Shown here in pieces: positions 25,976-38,519 of a DNA stretch of 64,000 bases. The stretch lies in contig OX597835.1 in the NCBI GenBank assembly GCA_951406725.2, positions 24,180,001-24,244,000 of the forward strand, in the 5' to 3' direction. The notes below the pieces were generated by a model that was not told the origin of the DNA, made no database searches, and saw only the letters and a program-made list of their open reading frames with translations. The stretch comes from Octopus vulgaris (Eukaryota). Each line of letters opens with the position of its first letter. The stretch's first letter is position 1. A program made the translations under genes and the position numbers.

Positions 25976-27215
25976 ATGTATGTATGTATGTATGTATGAA
26001 TGTATGTATATGCATATATATGTATGTATGTATATGTATATATATGTATGTATATATGTATATATATATGTATGTGTATATATGTGTGTATATATATATG
26101 TATATATATGTATGTATATAGATGTATATATATGAATGTATATATGTATGTGTATATATGTATATATATGTGTATATATATATATGTATATATATATATT
26201 TATATATGTATATATATATATGTATATATATATATATGTATGTAGGTATATATATGAATGTATATATGTATGTATGTATATATATGAATGTATATATATA
26301 TATGTATGTATATGTATATATGTGAATGTATATGTATGTATATATATGTATATGTATATGTATGTATATATGTATATGTATGTATGTATATATGTATGTA
26401 TATATGTATGTATGTATATATATGTATGTGTATATGTATGTATGTATATATGTATGTATATATGTATGTATGTATATATATGTATGTATATATGTATGCA
26501 CATATATGCATGTATATATGTATGCATATATACATATGTATGTATATGTATATACATGTATATATGTATGCATGTATATATGTATGCATGTATATATGTA
26601 TGCATATATGTATGCATGTATATATGTATGCATGTATATATGTATGCATATATGTATGCATGTATATATGTATGCATATATATATATATATATGTATGCA
26701 TATATATATATATATATGTATGAATATATATATATATATATGTATGAATATATATATATATGTATGAATATATATATATATGTATGAATATATATATATA
26801 TGTATGAATATATATATATATGTATGAATATATATATATATGTATGAATATATATATATATGCATGAATATATATATGTATGCATGAATATATATGTATA
26901 TGTATGTATATATATATGAATATATATGTATGTATATATATATGAATATATATGTATGTATATATATATATGAATATATATGTATGTATATATATATGTA
27001 TGTTTGTATATGTATCTATATATGTATGTGTATGTATATATATATGAATATATATGTATGTTTGTATATGTATCTATATATGTATGTGTATGTATATATA
27101 TATGTATGTGTATATATATGTATATATATGTGTATGTGGAAGTTTGTATATATACATGTATATGCTTATATACTTGTATACACATATATATTGAGTTTTT
27201 ATATATATATATAGA
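25898..27215. repeat. 1.3-kb compound (TA)/(TATG) microsatellite
   Basis: Almost pure alternating purine-pyrimidine; source of many spurious YI/HT ORFs. Similar tracts at about 6850-7200, 27460-27900, 31490-32015, 52400-52800 and 55250-55550. Confidence 0.95.
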
Positions 27216-27501
27216 CAAGTTAGGTATATTTGTCGTATGAAATATCATACATCTTTAATGTCTATAATATTGATAATACATTTTGAATATATATTGTTTA
27301 TAAACTATATTAAGATATAATTAATATGTTGTATAACAATGTACATTATCATATATACTTTATGTACCTTATCTACATTCTCTATCATTATATATATGGT
27401 CTATGTATATATATATATATATATATATCATATTTATACATTTTTTTATAAAGATAGATGCATATATATATGTGTATGTGTGTATGTATGTTAATATTTG
27501 C

Positions 27502-27534
<33 letters not shown>

Positions 27535-27569
27535 TATGCGTATGTGTATATATATATATACATACATAC

Positions 27570-27610
<41 letters not shown>

Positions 27611-27621
27611 ATATATATACT

Positions 27622-27682
<61 letters not shown>

Positions 27683-27717
27683 CAAATATTACATATATAT
27701 ATATATATATATAATAT

Positions 27718-27759
<42 letters not shown>

Positions 27760-27840
27760 TATATATATGTATGTATATTTGTTCATATATTGATGCACAT
27801 ATATATATATATATATATACATACAGACACACACACACAT

Positions 27841-27874
<34 letters not shown>

Positions 27875-28839
27875 TCACATACACGTATTCATATATGTAT
27901 TATATATCATTATTTTTTTTCAATCATCATGTTTATCAATTGTGACCATCACCCCCAAAATGTCATTTAGGAAGGGTGTAGGGGATGGGGAGCAATGCTT
28001 TGTCTACTCTGCCTATCACCCCCTCCTCTTTATACTTACACACAGAGGAAAATATTTATAATCATTATAATTTGTTGCTCATATATTTTATATCAGTAAC
28101 ATCAATGGAATTCTCCGTGGTCAAAGGAGATGGTCCTTATGGATTGGCTATTGTTCACTCTCCTTTTCTCTCTCTCTCTTTAAATTTTTTTCCTGTTTTA
28201 TTATTTTTTTTTTTTCTATTTCAATGTCAACATGATCAAAATTAGTCTTGTGGTCATCACCAGTCAATTGCCTCTACACCACCACCACCACCACTACCGC
28301 CACTACTACTACGACCACTACTGCTCTCATCATCATCATCTTGTTGACCAATGTCCAGCCTACACATGTGCTGTTCGACACTTGCACTATCAAAGACAGC
28401 TGGAAAAGATGCTGCAGAAGGATGTCTCCACATGGCTGGTTAGCTTGTACTAAACCTGCTAGAAATAACAGTAAATGGTAGCTAAATGTCCCTCATATAC
28501 CCCCCTAGCTTAACTGTTACCATTGTAAAAAAAAACAGAAAACAAAAAGAACAACCCCTTCCCCCAAAAAACGGAACAATATGCAAAATAATGTAATTTT
28601 AGTATATCTTTCCACAAAATACATTTCTTCCCTCTATTAATGCTTGTCCATCATTTCCACTATGAGAACAAAGCTTGTTCTCATAGTTGACCTTCAGCTT
28701 CAGCACTGCCTGCCTTGGATAAAGGAGCTTTAGTTTAAGTTTCAGATTCATCTGCGCACTACTTGGTGACCATCTATATTTCGCTTACCTTAGCATTTTA
28801 TAACACTTCATCTCTGTCTGTCTGTGTCTCTCTCTCTCT

Positions 28840-29380
28840 CATCAAAATACAGCTCAGATGGTCAGGTCATCTCTCATGTATTAGTGATATCAGAATTCCA
28901 AAGCAGCTTTTCTTTGGCCAGTTCCCAACAGGGAGGTCAGTCAGAAGGTTACTCTTGCGCTTCAGAGACAAACTAAAAGACAAACTGAAGCGGTGCAACA
29001 AACCCTTTTTTTCCTGGGAAAACAAAGCATTAAAATGAAGGGCCTGGCACCGGTCCTGCTTCTCCTCTGTTCAAAGATTTGAACAAAATCAACTCAAACA
29101 GCAGGACCAACTTCATGCAGGCCTAAAGGCATGTGGGTAAAACGCTGCTCCTCTAAATGGAAACCTTACCTGTCATTATGGTTTTGTGGCATGAAGCAAA
29201 GCAGGCCTTGCCATCCATACAAGGAAACACATAATATATGATCCACAAGCACTCAAGCAAACTCAGTCCTCAACTTGTTCCATTTACCAAAAGGCTTGCA
29301 AGGCACCAGCAGGCTTCAAGAGAGACATTCATATCCATAGAACATGATTACCCTCGTTTTTGGTCACGATGAGACAATCC
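28840..29380 (+). mobile_element. RTE LINE 3' fragment (older family)
   Basis: QLRWSGHL...RIPKQLFFGQ...RFRDKLK...W, with stops and degenerate Cys/His fingers. Confidence 0.8.
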
Positions 29381-30946
29381 ATCTTATATATGCAATAATC
29401 ATAATGGTAGAGAATATGGAGACTGATCCATCCTTGAAATTCATTTTCTTTTATTTTACAAGGTCATACACCATATTTCCATGGTTACGACGACCTACAT
29501 GTATTTCACTCCAGAAAATATTACCATCCAGTGAAGCGAACACGGAATTACCCATTGGAGGAATTTACAGCATCAGTGACAACTCCTTGTAGTCATAGAC
29601 ATTAAATACGAATCAATGCAACTAGCCATTACCTGGAACACAATTAAGAGCCACCACAGTATCCACCTGGATAATACATCCCTCTAAACTCACACACACA
29701 CACACATCTTTTATCTTTTCTCCTTTGCTTGTTTTAGTCACTAGACTGTGATCAGACCATGCTGGAGCACCAACTTGAATTTTTAGCCAAAAGAACACTT
29801 GACAACCAGTGTTGGTATGTTTACATCCTAATTAGTGATTTGGCAAAAGAGATTGATAGAATAAACACCAGTACTTAAAAAAGATAGTCCTGGGAGAGAG
29901 GTTGTTTCATTTGACCTAAATTTTTCTGGGTAGTGCCCCAGCATGGCCTAACTCAAATGACTGAAACAAATAAAAAGAAATCTGCTACTACTGGGCTAGG
30001 TTGGAAAATCCATTATGGAAGGAAGCACATGTCATGTGTGTGTGTGTGGTGCCATGTGATATGTGTAGTGTATTGTGACGTTGCTTTATGGGATGGGGCA
30101 AGGTAGGGTGCTGTATGGTCAAAATAATGTACTTGCAGTGAATAAAGATTTTTCCATTTGTTTGGGTGTTTAACATAGACATGTTGTAGAGAACAGCTGT
30201 GTTGTTGGGTCGACCCTTCCCCTATCCTCTATACAAGAGTGGAAGGTTATAGGCATAGAACTGGTGTTACTATAAATGAGGAGGAAGAGGAGGCGCCACA
30301 CACACAACTGCATTGAATCACATACAAAAACATCAACACACACAAAGATATGAACAAAAGAAACTGACACAGATTCACCAAATCCAATCTGTTAGTGGCA
30401 CAGTGAACATTTTAAAAACATTCCAAAAGATTTTCCATCTAAAATTCTTCAGGTGAATAAATGCATGCAAACACCAGGAATTCTCTCAGTTCAAAAAGTC
30501 TTGTGGCTTTGTTAGTGACTGGCTTAAACTCTCTTAAGAAGAACTTCAATAAAACTCAAACAATATACATATACACATATCTTTTAATCAATGTTTTAGA
30601 CATCAGCAAGAAACAGCATCATAGAGTAAGCAACTGGAGAGTAAACGAAGAACCCTGGGAGTCTGCAGCAATCAAGGATTCTTGGAGTTTGGTACATGGA
30701 GGTGGCGGTGTTATTGATGGCAGTGGTGGTGGTGGTGGTGGTGGTGGTGGTGGGGATGGTGTTGAGTTAGAATTCTGCAAATAACCACAATCTGATCTTT
30801 GGTCATGAAAATGATGCTAGCAGCCAAAACATGGCCTCTCAGAAAATTAATTTCTATATTCATTATGTCTTGCAAGTTGAACATGTGTAATGTATGCATA
30901 ATAAACACGTCTGCATGTGAGCATGTGTCTGTCTGTTTGTAGGTTA

Positions 30947-30992
<46 letters not shown>

Positions 30993-31082
30993 GTTCATAC
31001 ACACTTATATTTATGCATATATATATATGCATGTATAATGTGCATATGTGTGGATATATATATATATATATTTCATGTGTGC

Positions 31083-31127
<45 letters not shown>

Positions 31128-31133
31128 GATCAC

Positions 31134-31165
<32 letters not shown>

Positions 31166-31801
31166 TATATATATATATATATGTTTATATTTATGTGTAT
31201 ATATCTGTATATTTGTGTGTGGTTATGTATATATATATATAGTTAAGTTTCAGCTGTGAGAAAAAGAGTACTCTGTACTGTTGTAGAGATTAGTGATATA
31301 TATTATTATGGTTGAGTCAGTTTCTTGGTCCCCTGAATTTCCCCTGTGGCAGCACAGTATCTTTGGGTGAGTCAAAGCTTGTCTGAAGATCATGTACACT
31401 CACATGTGAAACTAAGAGTAGCATGAAACTGACTCAAGCAACATAAAATGAAATATATATATATATACTGTACACACACACATCTATCTATCTACATATA
31501 TAATGTACATACACATATATATACATGTATGTATATATACATGTATATATATATATGTTTATATATATATATATATATATAGTTTACATACACATATATA
31601 TGCATATATATATTTATATATATACACATATATGCATATATACATATATATATATATGTATGTGTGTGTATATATATATAGTGTACATACACACACACAC
31701 ATATATATATAGTGTACATACACATATATATATTAATATATATACACATATATGCATATATATATATATATATATGTATGTGTATATATATATATATACA
31801 T

Positions 31802-31832
<31 letters not shown>

Positions 31833-32015
31833 CATACATTTGTATGTATATATATATATGTATATATATATATATACATTTATATGTATATATATATATA
31901 CATTTATATGTATGTATATATATATGTATATATATATGTATATATATATATACATTTATATGTATGTATATATATATATATATATATATAATATACACAC
32001 ACACACATATATATG

Positions 32016-32225
32016 TATAAGGAAAAAAGTCAAGGTAGAATTTGCTAAAATAATTTTATCATAAAAAACATTTTAGTACCGGTTTAAGTCATTGAGACTT
32101 TTTAAACAACTTAATTGTTTTCCCAACTTACAGTTGAAAAAGTCTCAATGACTAAAACCGGTACTAAAATGTTTTTTATGATCAAATTATTTTAGCATTT
32201 TCTACCTTGACTTATTTTCCATATA
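32016..32225. mobile_element. Foldback element family H3 with hammerhead-like core
   Basis: About 90-bp near-perfect inverted arms next to (TA)n; arm reads AGUC UCAAU GACU-(G)AAAC CG GUA. Confidence 0.65.
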
Positions 32226-32255
32226 CATATCAACTTGTGTTTTCCTTTTCAACCT

Positions 32256-32338
<83 letters not shown>

Positions 32339-32457
32339 GTGGCTGTGTGTATATATATGTTTATATATAGATATATGGTTATATGTATACGTGAATATAT
32401 ATATCTATATATTTCTCACTCTCTCTTTATATATATATATATATGTATACATATAAA

Positions 32458-32493
<36 letters not shown>

Positions 32494-33011
32494 ATATTAT
32501 GTTTGTATGTGTGTTATGATCCATCATGCTCTGTAAATCATATAAATAAAAACATTTTTCCTTCTTTCTCTCTTTCTCTCTGTTTTCATGATTCTTAATG
32601 TGTGAAGTCATTCTTAGCACTCCTTCCATCTTTTGTTAAAAAAAAAAAGAAAGAAAAAAAAAAGCAAATTGATTTTTTTTATACTTCAATCCAGTCCAAC
32701 AGCTGGCAGCTACACATGAACACTCACACACACACACACTCACAACATAGACACAAATGTTGGTATACATGTATATAAAATGCACACACACACACATATA
32801 TTTCTTTATTGCCCACAGGGGGCTAAACATAGAGGGAGCAAACATGGACAGACAAAGGGATTAAGTTGATTACATCGACCCCAGTGTGTAACTGGTACTT
32901 AATTTATGAAAGGTAAAGGATGAAAGGTAAAGTCAGCCTCAGCGGAGTTTGAACTCAGAACATAACAACAGATGAAATACCGCTGAGTATTTCGCCCGGC
33001 GTGCTAATGTT

Positions 33012-33240
33012 TTTGAGAAGTACAAGCCAGTAAAAGATGAGATTGTATGAATTTGGGCAATGAAAAAAATAACTGTCATCCGGTATCTGTTGGGGCATTG
33101 AGAGCATTAACAATGAGGGTTGAGAAATTTGTTGGAGAAATTGGGATTGACATGAGGGTAGAACATTCCCAGAAAACTACTTTATTCGGAGTTTTGAGGT
33201 TGGTACTTGAATGTGAAGTATCGTGGAAAGACCCAAAATA
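33012..33240 (+). mobile_element. RLE-type (R4/NeSL-like) LINE 3' fragment
   Basis: EKYKPVKDEI..IWAMKK.. then PVSVGAL....EKFVGEIGI...QKTTL, matching the KY..L...W....PVVVGALG restriction-like endonuclease tail. Confidence 0.65.
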
Positions 33241-34286
33241 TTGTCAAGGGTTTGGTTCTTTCCATTTCAATCTGCTTGACCACATAACCTCTTTCACTAA
33301 GGCCCCCAGACAGATAAACACTGCCTGTCCTTCATGGCAGCTGGAAAGTGGAAACCATCACAATAGATTCAACTGATTTCGAGAGCTGTTCTACAGATGA
33401 GAGCAGGCGTTTAGCATAATTCCACAAAAAGCACCATCTGATTGTGGCCGTTGCCAGCCTCGTCTGGCCCCCGTGCCGGTGGCACCTAAAAAGCATTATC
33501 CGATCGAGGCCGTTTGCCAGCCTCGTCTGGCACCTGTGCAGATGGCACGTAAAAAGTACCCACTACACTCACGGAGTGGTTGGCGTTAGGAAGGGCATCC
33601 AGCTGTAGAAACTCTGCCAGATCTGACTGGCCTGGTGCAGCCTCCTGGCTTCCCAGACCCCAGTTGAACCATCCAACCCATGCTAGCATGGAAAACGGAC
33701 GTTAAACGATGATGATGATGATGATGATGATGATTAATGCTTAGGCAGAACAGTTTTGTCATTCTGTGCATATGTTGGACAGGCCAATAATAATAATCCT
33801 TTCTACTATAAACACAAGGTCTGAAATTTTGCAGGGTGGGGCCCAATCAATTACATCAACCCCAGTGTGTATCTGATACTTATTTCATCGGCCCAAGAGG
33901 ATGAAAGCAAAGTTGATCTCAGAGGTATTTGAACTTAGAACATAAAGATGGCTGGAATGCTGCTTAGCCTGTATGTCAGCCAGATCAGGTGTAACCTGAG
34001 CTTAGACAACAGCAACAACTGAAATGGTCACTAACAACTGTAGAAATGAGAAGTGTCCCATTGAAGTTAACTATGTTCCCACATGACATCATCATGTGAA
34101 GGGTTACAGTTTACATTGCTGCGTAGTTGTCCCACTTGTGTGTTTTGCTTATGTTTGGCTATCAGCCGAAATTTGCTAGGATGATCCGGTTCCTGACTGA
34201 AGATTAGAGTCTTCGAATCACCCATCCGTTTTTTGTGTCGTCTCTTTCTGTATTTTGCGTTCTTGTCCCATTTTGTATTTTTATAC

Positions 34287-34328
<42 letters not shown>

Positions 34329-34620
34329 ATTAATATTAGGAAATCAATATCAGAAAACTCCTCAGAATGATATACACGTGTGAAAAATAATTGTTGTATT
34401 AAAAATATATAAATAAATAAATATAAATATGTATAAAAATATATGTAAATATATATATATATATATTTATATAAATATATATAGATATATACATACATAT
34501 ATATATATAATCGCTCGTATTAAATATATAAATATTTTAATAGTATTAATGCTTTGATATAATAGATCACATAATATAAATTCTGTATATAATATTCTCA
34601 TAGAATATATTTAACTAAGG

Positions 34621-34701
<81 letters not shown>

Positions 34702-34710
<9 letters not shown>

Positions 34711-34950
34711 AGGGCAAAAGAAAAATTCTAATGCCAAATATGCCAGAAAAAAGATAAATTTATGCGAGACGCATAAATTATAATGGTTATTGACAATTTT
34801 GTCTTTTTTTTGGCATATTTGGCATTAGAATTTTTCTTTTGCCCTCATTTTATAAGTTATTTATAAATTTAACCTTTAAAGGTATTTTTTGATATGCTGG
34901 CCATTGATAAAAAATTTTTTCGAAAGAAATTTTATCCTACATTAGTTGTA
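34702..34950. mobile_element. Foldback element directly after a long perfect (TA)n tract
   Basis: About 55-bp inverted arms (aagggcaaaagaaaaattctaatgccaaatatgcc / ggcatatttggcattagaatttttctttgccct); the spacer contains an ATGCG-aga-CGCAT hairpin. Confidence 0.6.
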
Positions 34951-35145
34951 TATATATATCACCCACTACACTCACAGAATGGTTGGCGTTAGGAAGGGCA
35001 TCCAGCCGCAGAAACACTGCCAGATCTGACTGGGCCTGATGAAGCCTTCCAGCTTCACAGACCCCAGTTGAACCGTCCAACCCATGCTAGCATGGAAAAC
35101 GGACGCTAAATGATGATGATGATGATGATGATATATATATATATC

Positions 35146-37246
35146 TCTATATATAAAACTGAAATGCGTTTTTACCGCTTGGTTCGCTTTCAATGCCACT
35201 ACATCCCGTCCGATTCGCTCCAAAATTTACAGGGACATGTAGAATGAGGTGACGATGCGCGTGGGCTACCTTACAAATCCCTATCTTAAAAGGTGTGGTT
35301 GCTTGGGGCCATCTTCCTACCTCACCCTATTTCCTCCAGTACTCTGTCACTCCTCTTCATTTGACAATGCAACTACCGTTATTTAATGTAAAGTCTTCCT
35401 CAAATCACTCTGTAGCTATTTACTCTCTTCCAAGAACATTTTCACTCACTCTATCTCTTACCTTCCTATACATTTTACTCATGTATCTCTCAGCGTTCAT
35501 GGACAGTAACAAATATTACTCGCCATCCCCATCGCCATCGCATTCTATTGTCTACCTGTCAACACACACACACACACACACACACATATATTCATATATC
35601 TAATATTATATTTTTATTTTTATGTTTTTGGTTTTGGTTTTTTACTGTTTCATTTCCCTATTAGTGGTTTTATCTCTAATTTAATTTCTACAGCGTGCAC
35701 ACACACACACACACACACACACACCTATATGTAGCCCCAGTACACCCGAATGAAATCGGGTTCTCTTCATCAAAATGTGAAAAGGGGTCTACAATTATCA
35801 TCGCCACAACTTATGTATGTCTTCCTCACTCACTCACTCTTTTTCCTAATGATAATTATCATCGCCACCACCAACACCACCAACACACAATCTGGACAAT
35901 CTTTCTCTTATAACAAATCATGTTTACATTGCAACGACGTCTGCCACCTCCGCCGTCTCTATTTATTCTGCAAATGACCAGAACTCGGGAAACTTAGTTT
36001 AGTGTTCTATGGTCTATGACCAGAACTCGGGAAACTTGGTTGAGTGTTCTATGGTCTATGACCAGAACTCGGGAAACTTGCTTGACTGTTCTATGGTCTA
36101 TGACCAGAAATCGGGAAACTTGGTTGAGTGTTCTATGGTCTATGACCAGAACTTGGGAAACTTGGTTGTGTCCTCATCTTATAAAATGTGGCCCCAGTAG
36201 ACCCAAATTAAATCGGGTTATATTAACCAAAAGGTGAAAAGGGGTATAAATGGGGCTGGAAGGGGATTAAAATTTAAAGGAGCGGGTGTTTAGCAATTCT
36301 CTGTTACATCAAGCTAAAAAATTTGCTCCAGCCTTTTAATCGTCAATGTGTTGCCGTCCATGATGAAGAAGTTTTGAATGCTTGCCATCGTGAGTCTACT
36401 GTCGTGAGAAAGAATCAAGTCAAAACTTGGTTTTTAGGGATTTTCTTTTACATCAAGTTCAAACTTTTACGCCAGCCGTTGAACTGTCAATACGTTGCTG
36501 TCCGTCGTTAAGAAATGCCAGCCATGGTGACTCTACTATCCTCAAATTCTATCCCTTCAAACTTTGGTTTCCAATATTTTATTATTTTTATTCAGCTCGC
36601 AAGTTCGTCTGTCCCTTTTAAATGTTAGTGTTTTGCTGTCTGTATTCAAGCAGACCTTTCCTTTGTAACTGCCTGATATTTATGATTGATCTTTCTAAAT
36701 ATTTTATTTCTCAACTTACTCAAGATCTTTTGTTGTTTATAAATGGGAGAGAGATACATAAAGATAGAGAGTAAGAGAAAGCGAGGGAGAGTCCGAGAGA
36801 AAGGAAGAGTAAGAGAGTGGGAAAGTGAGAGAGACAGGAGAAAGAAACAAAGAGGGAGAATCATCATCATCATCATCATCATCATCGTTTAACGTCCGTT
36901 TACCGTGCTAGCACGGGTTGGACAGTTTGAAAGGGGTCTGGGAAGCCAGGAGGCTGCACCAGGCTCCAGTCTGATCTGGCAGTGTTTCGACAGGTGGATG
37001 CCCTTCCTAACGCCAACCACTCTGTGAGCGTAGTGGGTGCTTTTTTCGTGCCGCCTGCACAGGTGCCAGGGGGCTGGCAGCGGCCACGATCGGTTGGTGC
37101 TTTTTACGTGCCACCAGCACAGAAGCCAGTCAAGGCGGCGCTGCAATCCGCCACGTTCGGATGGTGCTTTTTACGTGCTGAAAGGAAGCAACAGAAAGTA
37201 ACAACCACACTCTTACCCGCGCGTAGAGCGGGTCACCTTCAGCTAG
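35146..37246 (+). mobile_element. About 2.1-kb non-autonomous Helitron with internal minisatellite and nested SINE
   Basis: 5' TCTATATATAAAACTG; 3' hairpin ACCCGC-gcgtaga-GCGGGT (37215-37233), then CTAG (37243-37246) followed by T. Confidence 0.65.
35974..36168 (+). repeat. 42-bp tandem repeat, about 4.6 copies
   Basis: Unit atgaccagaactcgggaaacttggttgagtgttctatggtct at 35974, 36016, 36058, 36100 and 36142. Confidence 0.95.
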
Positions 37247-37726
37247 TATATATATATAAATGATGAATAACCAAACAAGAAAAACACACATGTGAGACAA
37301 CTACACACACACACACACACCCAGAGCTAGATAAATTGTGTCTCCGTATGTATATATTTTCGGTAATGTGATCTGTACCTCTCCACAGTAACTATTTACA
37401 ATCAGGTGAGAGAGAGAGAGAGACTCGTAAGAGACAGACAAAGCAGTACAGATAGTAAGAGAGGTGTCCCTAATGAGTGCGATGGAAGAGAAGGGGGTGG
37501 TAGCTAGAGAACGATGGGTCACGGTAATGAGCGGTGATGGTAGCTGAAACATTCTTTAACCATCACCGTGACGGGAGGATACATTTCCATTACCAACGAG
37601 GTCGCCTACGATTCAAAAGCTACCAACCACTTCCAGCAAACAGTATGTACATTTGAAGGGATCTATTTCCCGTGTGTTCTTATTGATCCTTACTGATTTT
37701 CTCCATTCCCTGCATATAAAATCTGG

Positions 37727-38156
37727 GCAATCTTTCGTCTCTAATAGACCTTTCCGTCGATTTCTGTAAAAAATTTTTTTTTTACATATGGGCTTGCGGG
37801 AACTTTTGAAGTAATGAGAGCGAAAGAGACTAAGAGAAAGCGATTGTATGACGAGGGAAGTTCTTTTGAAGTTACCGTACATGTCAAGCATTGATGTACA
37901 TGTGTGTGTGTGTGTGTGTGTGTGTTTGATGGGGTGTGGGAGACAGACAGTATGTTGTGTAAGTGAAGTGCTTCTGTTAGTGTGTGTGAAGAGACAGAGT
38001 AATGTGTGAAGAGACAGAGATAACTGAAATTTTTTACTCGGTGTATGTGTATATGTATGTATATTACTTCAAAAGTTCCCGCAAGCCCATATGTAAAAAA
38101 AATAATTTTTTTTACGGAAATCGACGGAAAGGTCTACTAGAGACGAAAGATCGCCA
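37727..38156. repeat. About 90-bp inverted repeat pair with ~245-bp spacer, probably transposon-derived
   Basis: atctttcgtctctaatagacctttccgtcgattt...gggcttgcgggaacttttgaagtaat versus its reverse complement at 38062-38156. Confidence 0.85.
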
Positions 38157-38519
38157 AAATCTGTTTTTCTGTCAGTCTACTTATAATTCAACTTCACCTT
38201 TTGCACTCGCATTGTTTTTAATGAGTACTAAGTACGAATTCCTACTCAACTCTTTTCTATCTCCTTTCCTACACACTAATACGTTAGTCTTTGCTAGTTT
38301 ACTTAGTTGTTTTATTGTTCAATGTTTTGCTCTAATTCTATTTTTCAAGGTTTTGCTTCCCTATCTTCTCTAATTCTTCTATAGATTCAGCTATGATAAC
38401 AAGGTAGTCAGTATACGGGAGTTAACCACAGACAGCCAACCTTAAACTTCTCTGCTACGTCCGAAGGACTACGATACACAGAAGTCGTGCTGACGACCAA
38501 AAACTTTGATGGACTTCTG

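Noticed and set aside
25889-27248. Long ORFs up to 449 aa rich in Y/I/H/T/M/C
   Set aside because: Translations of (TA)/(TG) microsatellites; the same applies at 16.5-17.2, 31.5-32, 48.3-49.1, 52.5 and 55.2 kb.
28389-30684. IKDSW pentapeptide shared by two + strand ORFs with different codons
   Set aside because: No flanking similarity; compatible with chance.
35974-36168. CRISPR-like or repeat-protein (MVYDQNSGNLVECS)n appearance
   Set aside because: Contiguous 42-bp tandem units with no unique spacers, in a eukaryotic context inside a Helitron-like element.
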